DNA of 64,000 bases. It comes from Callorhinchus milii (taxonomy: Eukaryota). This document shows, piece after piece, positions 1 to 12,982 of the stretch. Under the pieces are notes generated by a model that saw only the letters and a list, made by a program, of their open reading frames with translations, was not told where the DNA came from and searched no databases. The translations under genes and the position numbers were made by a program. The DNA is taken from the NCBI RefSeq assembly GCF_018977255.1, contig NW_024704743.1, forward strand, positions 14,510,001-14,574,000, given 5' to 3'. Numbering within the stretch: the first letter of the stretch is position 1; each line of letters begins with the position of its first letter.

Positions 1-840
1 AAGTTATTCACCTAGGTAGAAAAAATAGAAAAACAGATTATTTTCTAGAGGGGGAGAGATTAGATAGTGTTAGTGTGCAGAGGGATTTGGGTGTCCTTGT
101 ACACCAGTCTCAAAAAGTTAGTTTGCAGGTGCAGCAAGCAACTAAGAAGGCGAACAGCATGTTAGCGTTCATTGCAAAAGGTTTAGAGTACAAGAGTAGG
201 GAAGTCTTGCTGCAACTGTATAGGGCTTTGGTGAGACCGTACCTAGAGTATTGTGTGCAGTTTTGGTCTCCTTGTTTAAAAAAGGACATACTTGCCTTAG
301 AGGGGGTGCAGCGTAGATTCACTCGGTTAGTTCCTGGGATGAGGGGACTGACCTATGAGGATAGGCTGAATAAACTAGGGCTATATTCTCTAGAGTACAG
401 AAGAATTAGGGGAGATCTTATTGAAACATATAAGATTCTTAAAGGGCTGGATAAAGTAGACACTGAGGGTCTGTTTCCCCTTATAGGAGAATCTATAACC
501 AGGGGTCACAGTCTTAAAATTAAGGGTCAGCCTTTTAGAACAGAGTTGAGGAAACATTTCTTCACTCAGAGGGTAGTGAATTTATGGAATTTATGGAATT
601 TATGTGAATTTATGGAATTCACTACCCCAGAAGGCTGTAGATGCTCAGTCCTTGAACATCTTCAAGGCTGAGACTGATAGATTTTTTAAAAACAGAGGGA
701 TTAGGGGATATGGGGATAGGGCGGGTAATTAGAGTAGGTCTGAAGATCAGCCATGATCTTATCGAATGGCGGGACAGGCTCGAGGGGCCGAATGGCCTAC
801 TCCTGCTCCTAATTCTTATGTTCTTATGTTCTATGTTCTT
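1..840 (+). mobile_element. CR1-clade LINE, 3' end of ORF2 plus 3' UTR with (TTCTTATG)-like tail
   Basis: ORF 75..671 has CR1 ORF2 C-terminal motifs (RDLGV, LYRALVRPYLEYCVQFWSP, RGDLIETYKIL, TRGHSLK, FFTQRVVNLWN). The 3' end is GGCCGAATGGCCTACTCCTGCTCC followed by octamer repeats. Confidence 0.95.
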
Positions 841-1331
841 AAATGGTGATCAGAGATTTCTTTGTCTGTGATTCACTACATTCTCAAAGTTATTTGGAAA
901 GTCTCCAGCTCAACAAGGCTATGAAGTTGGTCAGACAATACATCTACTTACTTCTGAAGGCTGTTATTTATTGTTATGATTATTATTGTTAGATTATTTT
1001 CACACATATAACTTTCCATTTTGCTTCTAATGATGGATTCCATCAGTCTTCCATTTCTTGAGGTCAGGCAACTACAAAATACAAAAATACAAAATTACAT
1101 CAGTCAGGGATTTGGACAGTCAGGAATTATATATAAAATAATATAATAATCTTTGCATTTGATTTAGTCTTCTCGACGTCTCAAAGCGCTTCACAGAATA
1201 GACTGTAAAGTGAATTGACTGTATCGTTGTGGGCGAAACGCGGCAGCCAATTGCGCACAGCAGTGTCCCACAAACAGTCGTGGATTGAAGTGACCAATTT
1301 TATTATTGTTTTTTAGAATTGAGTTTATAGT

Positions 1332-1572
1332 GTCAGCCTGGCTCAGTTGGTAGCACTTTCGCCTCTGTGGGAGAAGGTTGTGGATTCAAGCCACATGTTG
1401 GGTCTTGGAATCCTTCTTATCTAAACTGCAGTGCAGTCCAATGCAGTTCTGGGGAGGAGGCTGCATTGTTGGAGGTGCTATACTTGGGATGAGTTGTTAA
1501 ACTGAGGTCCTGGCTATCTGTTCAGGTTGACAGAAAAGATCCCATGACACTATTCGAAAAGAGAAGGGAGTT
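1332..1572 (+). mobile_element. Deu-domain SINE (SacSINE1-like), partial
   Basis: tRNA-like head TGGCTCAGTTGG..GGATTCAAGCC, then the core 'GGATGAG..GTTAAACTGAGG...AAAAGATCCCATGACACTATT' recognised as DeuSINE-like. Confidence 0.75.
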
Positions 1573-4494
1573 GATTGATCCTCCAGCATCTGAGAAACCT
1601 CCTTATGTCATGGGGACAAGAACTCCACACAGTTCTTCAGGTGTAGCCTGACCGCAACATTGTACGGCTTGAGTATGATGTCTGAACTCAACTGATTTGG
1701 CAATATATCCCAGCATCCTGTTTACTGGTTTATTGCTGCCACTAATAACATATGAATATAAATATTAACATTGACTACATGCTGACTACATGCTGCGTGG
1801 GAGTCGATCACACTTGGGGAGAAAATCAGGCAGAGTGACAACTTTAGGCGCAGATCCTCTTACAATGCTGCTTTCCTAAATCACCTCATTTCTGCTCTAC
1901 CCCTAAATCACCCGCAACAATCCTAATTTGCTTGGATGATTAGCTGCGCCCACATGTCTGTCTTCCAAAATACATTTTCTGTCCATCAGGATCCTCCACA
2001 CACACCCACACATCCACCCACACACCCACAACCTCCCCCCTACCTCCTTCTCCCTACTCCCACGCACACACGCAGGCTTTCAGTTTCCACGGTTACACAA
2101 ATCCTGCCTGAATTGAGTTCAGCCAACAATCTGCAAAGGAACAAAGCATTTTGCTTCACTTGCACCATCCTCCCTTTCCCTCTGCCAGCCCCGCGCAGAG
2201 CTCCAGGCTCTCTTTTGCATATGTAATCAATGTTAAAACTGAGCCAGAGCTCCTTACATTGATTTGGCTTCATTTACAAAGCAATGGCTGGGATATATAA
2301 AACCCACCTACACATATCCCTATAACAAGGTAGGATTGCTGTTTTCACTGTGCCAGGTGGTTCATTTCCTGCACACTGGTCCAGTTTCTGTGCTTAAAAT
2401 ACGGCCAACTTCTGGGTCATCAGGTCACCAAAACGTCACTCTCTATGTGCTATGCACGTGCAAAACAGGATGTGATATCAGAAGAAAATTGGTGCCCTGG
2501 GCCCATTTTAGTGCGAGAGGCAGCTGGCATGTGGGAATCATTGGGGACCACTATACAGCTGAATTTGTGCAGTAAAGAAACATGTTATAATGGTGTTGCA
2601 CTGTCTATGCAGCAGATGCTTATAATAATAATAATTATTGCATTTGATATACCACGTTATTACATCTCAAAAGGCTTCACAGGATTTTAATGTTGTGACT
2701 GTGTATTTGTACTCAGGGTGCGGTGGGTGGGGGTTGAAACAGTAGGTGCAGTGATATCTCCCTCTATTTGTCGGCCATAACAACAACAACTTGCATTTAT
2801 ATAGAGTCCCAGAGCGCTTGACATTGGTGGAGTACAAAGACAAATTTCATAAGTTTACATTGCAAAGCACTTTTTCTGGCAGCCAAGTGCCAGAAACATT
2901 AATTCTTTCTAGAGAGGCATTTTTACAACTCTGTCATGTATCCTCTTAATGGCTTTAATATTGGTAATGCCATTTCAAAATAAATATCATTATAAAATGT
3001 GTCTCATACAACTACTCCCTCTTAAATACAGTCTTTAATGGAATAAATCTAGACCATGATGACAGTTTTACCCACATGTTTTTAAGTTTAGTGTTTTATC
3101 ACCAATCCAGTAAAATATTTTGATTGTAAAATGCAGTCTTTTTTAAATAGGGCCCCAAATGGCACTTACCAATACTTAGCGCTATCACCCAACTATCTGA
3201 TTATCACTGTTCTAGGCTGACAGAGGTTCTGCTTTTTACATAGGAATCTGCAGTGAATACAACATATTCATTTCTTTCACACACTTAAACACATTGTCTC
3301 TTGAATGCTGGAAAGACAGAATCTCAGTCCTCACCTCCTCTACATCTCGCTCAAATGTTGCACTGAATAATTCTGACTGAATCATTATGTGAGATATTTC
3401 TTCAAAGTGGAGCATTTAATATGTTAGATTACAGAGGAATTTTACCCTCAAAAAACTTATAGGAAGGGTTTGAAGAGAATTGATACTAATCACGATTCCT
3501 TTCCATGTCAGTGTCCATTTTTATGTATTTTCACACCAAGTTATGTTGAAGCGGTGAATACTGATGGCACTCATCACTGAGAGAACTGAAACGGAGGAAT
3601 TATTGGGATAAGCGGTGTGAGTGAGCTGAATTAACATATGCAGTTGAAATGAGAAGATCACTAAAGCACTCTGGGTTATAATGATTGCATCTCCACTGAC
3701 GTTAATCCAGAACCCTCATATTGTAAAGAACAGCGATGATCCAAGCCAGACAGTTCCTCCAATTAAATCATCAGCACTTGATCGCAATATGCTTGAATAA
3801 ACAACAGAATGAATATTATTAAATTCTGGTTTTACAAAGGAGTCATAACAGAGCAGTGGTCAGTATTAACAATGTTAGCTACTGTGGACAACACCTTTTT
3901 ACAACACAGGGAACAAAAACAGTCATAGAATCATACAGCACAGAAGGAGGCCATTTGGCCCATCATGTCTGTGCCAGCTCTTTGAAAAGAGCTTTCCAAA
4001 TCAATCCCATTCCCTCGCTCCCTCCCCATAGCCCTGCAAATTTGTTCTCCCCAATAAGTTAAGCATTTTAGAATTAAAATAAAATGCTTGGTCAAAGCAT
4101 TTTATTTTAATTGAGCTCAGAACAATGTTACTTAGGTTGGCTTTACAGGTAGTTAGCCAAAAAAGTTTGCTATAACACAGAACATGTTAACACTGTAACA
4201 AGAAAAGGTGATTCAATGCAACAAGACTCCTTTTTTGACATTACCCATAACATTTTGAGAAGGCAAAATTGCACCTTTATCTGCAATACACAGTCGTTAC
4301 ACTTTACAATAAATACTGTGATGCACTTTGAGACATCCTTCTGCTATGAAAGGCATTATATCAAATGCAAGGATTATTCATTTATCATTTACCTTAGTTC
4401 TTGTAATTGTGAGTAATTAATCTGATTTCAATTGGCTTATTGGGTCACCTCGAAGCATCTTATTTTCAACAAGAATCAGGCAACTTACTTAAAC

Positions 4495-5051
4495 TTTCTC
4501 CATAACATTGCCCGATTCCGCAACTCCTTCACTCCTCAGGCCGCTGAAACTCTTGTTCATGCCTTCATCACCTCCAGGCTCGACTATATAAACGTCCTGC
4601 TTGTCGGCTTTCCTAACTCCTCCCTCCACAGGCTGTAGATAATCTAGAACTCTGCAACCCGTGTCCTCTCCCGCACCAAACTCCGTGACCCCATCTCCCC
4701 CACTCTCGCCCGACTCCACTGGCTCCCTATCCTTCAGAGGATTTAGTTCAAAATCCTGGTCCTCACATACAAAGCCCTCCATGGCCTCGCCCCACCCTAC
4801 CTCTACGACCTCCTAACCCCTACCAACCCGCCCGTTCCCTCCGCTCAGCCAGCTCTGGCTTGCTCCACGTCCCCCGACACACCCACCCCACCATTGGCGG
4901 GAGAGCCTTCAGCTACTCTGCTCCCAACCTCTGGAATTCCATACCCCAGTCACTCCGCCTCAGCTCGGGTCTGAAATGCTTTGTCCAGCGCCTTGAGACC
5001 TCTTTCCGAAGTGAAAGGCGCTACACAAATGTAATCTTGTTGTTGTTGTTG
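4495..5051 (+). mobile_element. L2-clade LINE 3' fragment
   Basis: Encodes 'HNIAR..PQAAETLVHAFITSRLDY', 'GGRAFSYSAPNLWNS'; ends in a stem-loop tail and (TTG)n. Confidence 0.9.
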
Positions 5052-5305
5052 GTTTACCACTTTAAACTTGAGGTTCTGAATCCCAAAATGAAAAGAGAAA
5101 CCTTTCCCATAGCATACATCTTGGCTGTAGAGAGATCTCCACAGCCAAGCTATGGAGAGATCAGTAGTCCCTGGCTGTGGAGACATCTCTAATGATTGCC
5201 TTTCAGCTCTTTTGATCTTATCCTTCCAGAACACAAATACGCCTACAAATACAGGCCCTTTATTTTACAGCAAATCTTGTTTAGCACTTTGAGATTTCAA
5301 GATCA

Positions 5306-6397
5306 TGTTAGAAAATCCAAATAAGAGACACTCACTCAAATGGATTATATTGGTTCTTTAATACTCAGAATCCCAATGGGTTAATACTCGGTTAATTGCC
5401 CGCAGGCACGGCCATTGTCCCAACTATCTATTAGTTACGATCGTACCGGACACATAATTTCTGCGAGTACCAGGGCCACCGTCCCAACTATCTACTAGTT
5501 ACGATCGTACCGGACTCCTAATTTCTGCGAGTACCACGGCCACCATCACAACTATTTACTAGTTACGGTCGTACCGGACTCATAAACACGTCAACTGCCG
5601 AGTGTATTAATTCAGAGTATCCTGCCGAATGCCAAATTGTTAGAAAATAAAATCAGCCAAATCTGTAAGGAAATAACGCTAATTCCTTTAACCAGATATC
5701 AGACTGTTTTATTATTATTCGTTCGTTATTCCCCAATATCCCGATGGGTCAGACCAAAGGCCAGTACAATCAACAGATCTTATAACAGAATAATACCACC
5801 GTAGATATCTCGAGTTCAACACTGTGTCTTTACAAGACACAAGTTTGATTCTTCATGCTTTCAGTCTTCTTGCTTACAGCTTTCAATCTTCCATCTGATA
5901 TCCTCAGTCTTATTGTTTCTAGCTCTCAGTCTTCCATCTCCCGTATCCTTGTCTCCGCGACCCGGGATGGCCCCGTTCACAAAGTTATCAGAACTCTTAT
6001 ACCGATGTTCGTCCAATCATGGTGCGGACATTAGATCACCTGTCGAAATCATGCTGGGTTCACGTGAGCACCTCATGGGGTGTACATGGCTCAGCGCACA
6101 TACACATTGTCCTTAAGACCCCTGTTATCTGATGCTTGTTATTTTGTTAGGTGTGATCATTAGTACATTCCTTTTAAGTGACTGGTTATTTCTTATCAGT
6201 ATCCCGGGATGGTACCAAGGTCCTCTAGTTTAAGCAACTTGCTCATTAGCTGCTATTCTTGAGGGTTACCTTTTGTTGCTCTTGAGTGTTAATCATGAGT
6301 GTCAGTCCAGTTGCCCCCTACATTTAACTTAAAAGTTAACCCGTTTCGCAACATCTATTATGATTCTAACATTATACAAAAAGTGTAAATTCTAACA
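5306..6397 (-). mobile_element. LTR-retroelement relic: probable LTR 6397-5638, PBS, leader with tandem repeats
   Basis: TGTTAGAA...TTCTAACA termini; ATCA/ATCG 4-bp flanks; interrupts an old L2 fragment. Minus-strand TATAAG (~6001-5996) and AATAAA (5713-5708). TGG-initiated PBS 3 nt after the LTR end. Confidence 0.7.
5407..5585. repeat. 64-bp CpG-rich tandem repeat, ~2.8 copies
   Basis: Units start at 5407, 5471 and 5535 and share CAACTAT.TA.TAGTTACG.TCGTACCGGAC. Confidence 0.92.
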
Positions 6398-6639
6398 ATC
6401 GTCACATTCAACTACAAATCACTCCATGCCCTAGCACCTTCTTACCTCTCAAATCTGCTCACGCTCCACTCATCTATGCCCACTTGTTCAGCAAGCTCCA
6501 GCCTTCATGTACCACAACCCTTCCACTCCACCATCGGTGCCCGTGCTTTCAGCCACTATACCTCAAAGCTCATGAACACTCTGTTTCTTTCACTGTCTTC
6601 AGACCACCTCTAAAGACCTGTCTACTCCAAGACAACCTT

Positions 6640-8541
6640 GCAGGCCAAAGACAACACCAGGCTTCTCTTCTCCATCAACAACCGGCTCCTCCGCCCACCC
6701 TCTCATGCCTCGTTCATCTCCTCCAATACCAAATGCAAAGAGATTCTGGACTTCCTCAAAACCAAAGTAGAAGGGATCCACTCAGTTGCCTCTGCCCTTC
6801 CAACTACTGCTCCCTTAACATCTCCCCCTCACACCCTGGCCCCTACCCATGCCTCCCTCCACAGCTTCAAACCTGTCTCCGCCTTCTCTCTCATCACCAC
6901 CATAGCCCACATGAAACCAATCTGCTCCCTCGACCCCATCCCTACCTTTTTTTTTTACCTCCCAGCTCCACCTCCTTGACCTCCCCTACTCACAGACATC
7001 ATAAACCTCTCCCTGTCCACAGTTACCATTCCCAACCCTTTACAAAAGGCCATTATTACTCCTATCCTTAAAAAACCCTCCCTGGACCCATCCCTGCTCT
7101 CAAACTGCTGCCCCATCTCCAACCTCTCTTTCCTTTCCAAGGTCCTGGAATTAGTTGTTGCTTCCCAGCTTCGCTCCTTCCTCTCCTGCCACTCCCTTCA
7201 CAAACCCCTCCAATTGAGTTTCCATGCTGCCCACAGCACAGAAACAGCCCTGGTCAAAGTGACAAGTGATATTCTGTCCATCTGCGACCAGGGCTCCCTC
7301 TGCCTCCTCGTCCTTGACCTCTCTGCTACCTTCGATACCGTTGACCACTCTATCCTCCTCCACTGCCTCTTCTCTCACGTCAACATTCACGGTTCTATCC
7401 TTGAATGGTTCAAATCCTACCTCTCACACTTCAGCTACACAAACGGTTTCTTTCTAGACCCTGCACCATCTTGTGTGGCGTTCCTCAGGGCTCTGTCCTT
7501 GGTACCCTCCTTTGCAAGATCTAAATGCTCCTTCTTAGTCACATAATCCGCAGACACCGGGTCAACTTCCACATGTATGTGGATGACATTTTATCTTTCT
7601 GCCTCCACCTTCGACTACAGGACCACTGCCATGCTGACATATCACGCATCAATTCCTGGATGAGAGCTAACTTTCTGCAGTTGAATGTCAACAAGATCAA
7701 GGCTCTCCTGATTGGCTCCCATCAGCGCCTCCACACCTCAGGCGCGGACAGCATCACCATCCAAGGCTGCCCACTCCACCTCACTGAGCCGGTCTGGAAC
7801 CTTGGCGTCTTGTTTGACCCTCAACTCTCCTTTCTACCCCACATCCGTGATATGGCCAGCTCTGCATTCCCCCATCTCCACAACATTGCCCGGCTCCGCC
7901 ACTGTCTCACACTGCAGGCCGCTGAAACCCCCATACACGCATTCATAACATCCAGGGTTGACTATGCAAACTCCCTGCTTGTCGGCCTCCCCAACACCTC
8001 CCTCCATAGGCTGCAAATCATCCAGAACTCTGCAGCCTATGCCCTTTCCTGCGCCAGGTTCTGCAACTCTATCAACCCTATTCTTGCTCAACTCCGCTGG
8101 CTTCCCATCACATAGAGTTACAGTTCAAGATCCTGGTCCTTACCTTCAAAGCCTTCCACGGCCTTGCTCCCCCCTACTTCTGCGACCTTCTAACCCCCTA
8201 CCAACCTACCTGCTCCCTCCGCTCAGTGGACTCCAGCCTGCTTCACGTCCCCAGCATTGCCTGCCCTACCATTGGTGAGCAGGGCTTCTGCCTTTCTGCC
8301 CCCACCCTCTGAAACTCTATCCCGCAGTCCGTCTGCCTCGCCTCCTCCTTTGCCTCCTTCAAGACCCATCTCAAGACCCTCCTCTTCGACCGTGCCTTCG
8401 GTCACCCTCCTTCCCCCCCTGCCCTCCACCCTCCCCAAACCCGACCCCCAGCTCGTGTCCAAAACATTATTGTCCAGCATCTTGGGACCTCCTTCCGATT
8501 TGAAAGGCACTGTACAAATGTAATTTTGTTGTTGTTGTTGT
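6640..8541 (+). mobile_element. Decayed L2 LINE (~1.9 kb of ORF2 RT and 3' tail)
   Basis: Frameshifted RT motifs HSTETALVKV, LDLSATFDTVDH, HMYVDD, FLQLN; (TTG)n tail. Confidence 0.92.
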
Positions 8542-8627
8542 ATGGTCATCTCCCATTGGCTCGGCTCGGCGTCAAACTATGGCATTGTTAAGCACTCCAA
8601 GACCTACCCTGCATGAAGGGTGCCATA

Positions 8628-8958
8628 TAATAATAATAATAATGATAATAATAATCCTTGCATTTGATATAGCGCTTTTCACTTCGGGAGGACGTCCCAA
8701 AGCGCTTCACAGAACACACTGTAAAGTGAATTGACTGTATATTTGTGGGCGAACGCGGCAGCCAATTGCGCACAGCAATGTCCCACAAACAGTCGTAGAT
8801 TGAAAATGACCAATTTTTATTATTGTTTTTGGTTTTAGAGAGATTATTATTAGGCGTGTGGAGTAAGGAAACTTGCCCAAGGTTTCGCCCTGCCTGGAAT
8901 TGAACTCAGGTCTCTCGCTTGCAAAGCGAGTGCTCTAACCATTGAGCTATAGGACTCC
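8628..8958 (-). mobile_element. tRNA-derived SINE with L2-like tail (short variant)
   Basis: Head GGAGTCCTATAGCTCAATGGTTAGAGCAC..GAGTTCAATTCC (A and B boxes); tail ..AAGCGCTATATCAAATGCAAGG(ATT)n. Confidence 0.9.
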
Positions 8959-9009
8959 ATATAAATGCAAGATATTGTTGGGTTTGTTATATTTCATCAT
9001 AATGCTCAC

Positions 9010-10010
9010 CCTGCCATCCTCTTAACACAGCATCAAACTGTTTATAAATAAGTCCAGCATCGTAGCCTCGTCCATTCTTCCTGGTACCATGTTCCAGGCA
9101 TTAATTACAATCTGGATAAAGAAATACTTCCTGGTGTCTGCCCTGAAATTGCCCTTTGCAACACTAAAACTGTGTCCTCTTGTTTTGCTGTTTCGGTACA
9201 TCCTGAAGTATTGTTCTGCATTTGCTTTCTCAACCCTTTTGAAATCATATCTACTTCTATAGGATGCCCTCTGAGTCATCTTCTCTCAGGACTGAAGAGC
9301 CCTAACTCATCTAATCATTCCTCATAGCTCATTCTTCTAACACTGCTGAACACCCTTGTCATTTTCCTTTACATTAACTCTTGGACCTGTTCTGCCTCCT
9401 CATTTTGCAATGACCAGAACTATTTTCAGGCTTCCATTGCAGTCTGAACAGAACGCTATACACCTTGAGTATGACACCTGGAGATCTGAACTCAGCTGGT
9501 TTAGCAATAAAACCTAGCATCCTGCTTTCCTTATTTATTATTGCTTCACATTGTTTTCATCTGGTAACTGGTGAATCACCCAACACCCCTAGATCTCTTA
9601 CAGCTTCTCCCTTGGCAAGTTCATACGTTCAGTACACGTGTTTCCTATTTTAATTTATTATATCAGCACCTTGCATTTATCTATATTAAACCTCATTTGC
9701 CAGCTTTCAGCTATGTGCACATCCTATCAAACTCTCTTTGTTGGACGTATGATGCCTCTTCTGATTCTCTAGTTCCCCCCAACTGAGTGTCATTTGCAAA
9801 TGTAACTATCTTACACTGACAGTGTGAATCCAAGTTATTAATATATACAAGGAACAGGAGAGGTCCTAGTCCAGTCCCTTGAGGCGCTTGTTTAGAACCT
9901 CTCCTGATATTGATCTAACTAGCCATAACAACTCCCCTCTGATTCCTTCTCTTCAGCAAATTTTTAATCCATATCCATGTCTTAATAGCCAGTGACGTCA
10001 GTTTATTGTG
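9010..10010 (-). mobile_element. Old CR1 LINE fragment
   Basis: ORF 9022..9279 'TRGHSF..KYFFIQIVINAWN'; degenerate RT sequence (FANDT, DLGV) further along. Confidence 0.8.
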
Positions 10011-10092
10011 GTTTCCAGTCTACCAATATCGGATAGCAAATCTGTGAATGTCAAATCACAAGCCGATGATAAGCCAGCGAATAATTCACACT

Positions 10093-10301
10093 ACACAAAA
10101 TACTGCAGATGCTGGATATCTGAAACAAAAACAGAAGTAGCTGAGAAAAATTACGAAGGTCAGGCAGCATCTATGGAGAAAGGAAAGCGAGTCAACTTCG
10201 TCAGAACGAAGGGTCATGGACCCGAAACGTTGACTCACTTTCCTTTCTCCATAGATGTTGCCTGACCTGCCGAGTGTTCCCAGCGACTTCTGTTTTTGTT
10301 T
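10093..10301. mobile_element. Palindromic short element with hammerhead-like core (Penelope-like derived)
   Basis: Inverted arms ~10123-10196 and ~10229-10301; GGGTC-ATG-GACCC-GAAACGT core; imperfect 14-bp flanking duplication. Confidence 0.75.
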
Positions 10302-12371
10302 GAGGAATTCTCACTGCTTGACCTCCTGTTTACACATCACATTCAGCAACCAAATTGCAGCACTCCACTTGGAAGTGTGCAGTGTTAACAGTGATGTGTG
10401 CCAGGCGTCGCCTGTACCTTCTTATCGAGTGGCTTAGTGATGTTACTGGCCCGCTGGACACCACAGCCCCTTCCTCTTGTAGAAGCCATTGAGTGGGTCA
10501 CTGATCCCAGAGCTCTGTCTGACAGGTCCAGTGCAGCTCAGAATATTTTCCACTTGGCTGTCGCTCTGTTATTTGTCAGTCTCATTCTGCATTTGAGATG
10601 GTGCCAATATCTCTTAGCATCAATTGAGCATCACCAGGCTGGGATTTGTTTTTAATTTAAAACTTTGCAGAGACCCTGTGTAAGGAAATGTTATTTGTTG
10701 CATTAAAGGATTATTAGAAGTGGTATTTTACTGTATCCAAAGGCTGTATTGAATGTTTTGAAAGTTTTCCTCATAAAGTGGCTGTCATTCCAAATGGAAC
10801 TGGTGGTATTACATTTTTAAATGAATATAACAAATCCCTGCTGTACCTTATTGCTCACTGTGCATCACCTTAATATGTTTGCTGACTGGCAACTTTCCAC
10901 ATTTCAGAGGAAATGCAATAAACAAAAGGCTGGGGAGTGAGCACTGTACTAAATGACTGGGGCCAGCATTGGTAATCCTAAACTATTAAGAACGTTTAAT
11001 GGCCACAATGATTTGGAGTGTCATCCAATTAGCATCAACTTTTTCATTGGTATTGAGGTGAAAGCGATCCTCTTACAGAGAGCTGCTGGAATGACCTTTC
11101 CCTCACCTCTGAGCATATTGTGCCTGAAGTGAAGCAGTCACTGCTCTCTGATCCGTAAAAGTACATCACTGTGGAATGGCAACGAAGGATATAGTTCATG
11201 TATAACTAGATTTCAGCAACAGGATGTCTTTAAAATCATATAAAGATTCTGAGTTTGCTAATCTTTGCAATACAGCCCATTTAATCAATATTGCATCCTT
11301 TTCAATCTCCTGCAGCTTTATTTTCTAATCCGTGCCTAACTCTGGTCCAATGCTTGCTCCTAACTCCCTTTGTCCAATATTCCTGTATGCCAGCTCCGAA
11401 AAAGGATTTATAGAGGCTTCAAGGATCTCTAAATCCGGTTTTAGATGTCTCAGAACAATTAATAATAATCCTTGCATTTGATGCAGCACCTAATACATTA
11501 ACATGTCTTAAAATACTTCACACTTAATTGTTGTCAAGTGAAGTGACTGTGTATTTCTAGGCAAACACAATGACCTATTTGCACACAGTAAAGTGCTCAC
11601 CCAAGCCTTAAGACCTTTCTTTTTGATAGCGCTTTTGTTTACCGTTTCCCCCACACTCTTGTCAGTTCCCCCACCCTCAGCTCCAACCGTAGGCAGTGGA
11701 TGAAAATATTCTTCGGGGGGGGGGTGTAAAACTCAGTAAAAGAATCGATTCCCTTAAGACAGGTGAGTTGTTGGTTTGACTGACAGGTCCATTGGTCAAT
11801 CAGAGGCGAGGACTCCCCGACAAGCAGCCTGCCAAACTGGAAGTGAGCGGGTGTGTGTGGGTGCTTCCGATGAGTTGGAAGAGTGGACAAGAGGGTCCCT
11901 GTAGGTGCCGGTGGTTGGCGCTGCTCAGAGGTACAATAGCTGTGTCCAACTGCGAGGAGATGCTGGATTTCCTCTAAACCAAAATCAAGAAGATCCGTTC
12001 AACCGCCTCCACCCTCCCAACCGCCACTTCCTCCCCATTTCTCCCTCCACACCTTCAAACCTATCTCCCATCCCTCCTCTCTCACCACCACTACAACCCG
12101 CATGAAGCCCACCACCTGCTCCCTCGACCTCATCCCTACTCCTCTCCTTACCTCCCAGCTCCACCTCCTCACCCCTTTACTCATCAACTGTCAACTGGCA
12201 CCATTCCCATCCCACTAAAAACAGCTGTCATCACCCCGATCCTAAAGAAAATATTCCCTGAACCTATCCTTGCTCACAAACTACTGCCCCATCTCCAACC
12301 TCCCTTTCCTTTACAAGCTCCTTCCTCTCCTGTCATTCCCTTTATGAACCCCTCCAATAGTCAAAATGACA

Positions 12372-12655
12372 AATAATAATAATAATAATCCTTGCATTTG
12401 ATATAGCGCTTTTCACGTCGGGAGACGTCCCAAAGCGCTTCACAGAACACACTGTAAAGTGAATTGATTGTATATTTGTGGGCGAACACGGCAGCCAATT
12501 GCGCACAGCAATGTCCCACAAACAGTCGTAGATTGAAAATGACCAACTTATTATTTTTTGGGGGTTTTGGAGGGATTATTATTAGGCGTGTGGAGTAAGG
12601 AAACTTGCCCAAGTTTTCGCCCTGCCTGGAATTGAACTCAGGTCTCTCACTTTCA
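12372..12655 (-). mobile_element. tRNA-derived SINE (short variant, head truncated)
   Basis: Nearly identical to 8628-8958. Confidence 0.9.
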
Positions 12656-12982
12656 AAGGCTTTCTGTCCATCTCTGACCAGGGATCCCTCTGTCTCCTCA
12701 TCCTCCTTGACCTCCCTGCTGCCTTTCAATCTGTGGACCGCTCTATCCTCCTCCACCGTTTCTCCTCTCACCTGAACCTTCAAGGTTCTGTCCTTGGTTC
12801 TCTCACACCGGCTCTACTTTGTCTCCACAAATGGCTTCTCCTCCAGGCTCCACAATATCTTGTGTGGTGTTCCTCAGGGCTCTGTCCTCGGCCCTCTCCT
12901 CTTCAACCTGGTGACATCATCCGCAGACACGGCGTCAACTTCCAATTGTATGCGGATGACACCTCTGATATTTCTGCCTCCA

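Noticed and set aside
75..671. 198-aa ORF as a host gene
   Set aside because: It is the C-terminus of CR1 ORF2, frameshifted near its end by a GAATTTATG micro-duplication.
5407..5585. CRISPR-like array
   Set aside because: The units are contiguous tandem repeats without unique spacers; there are no cas genes and the context is vertebrate.
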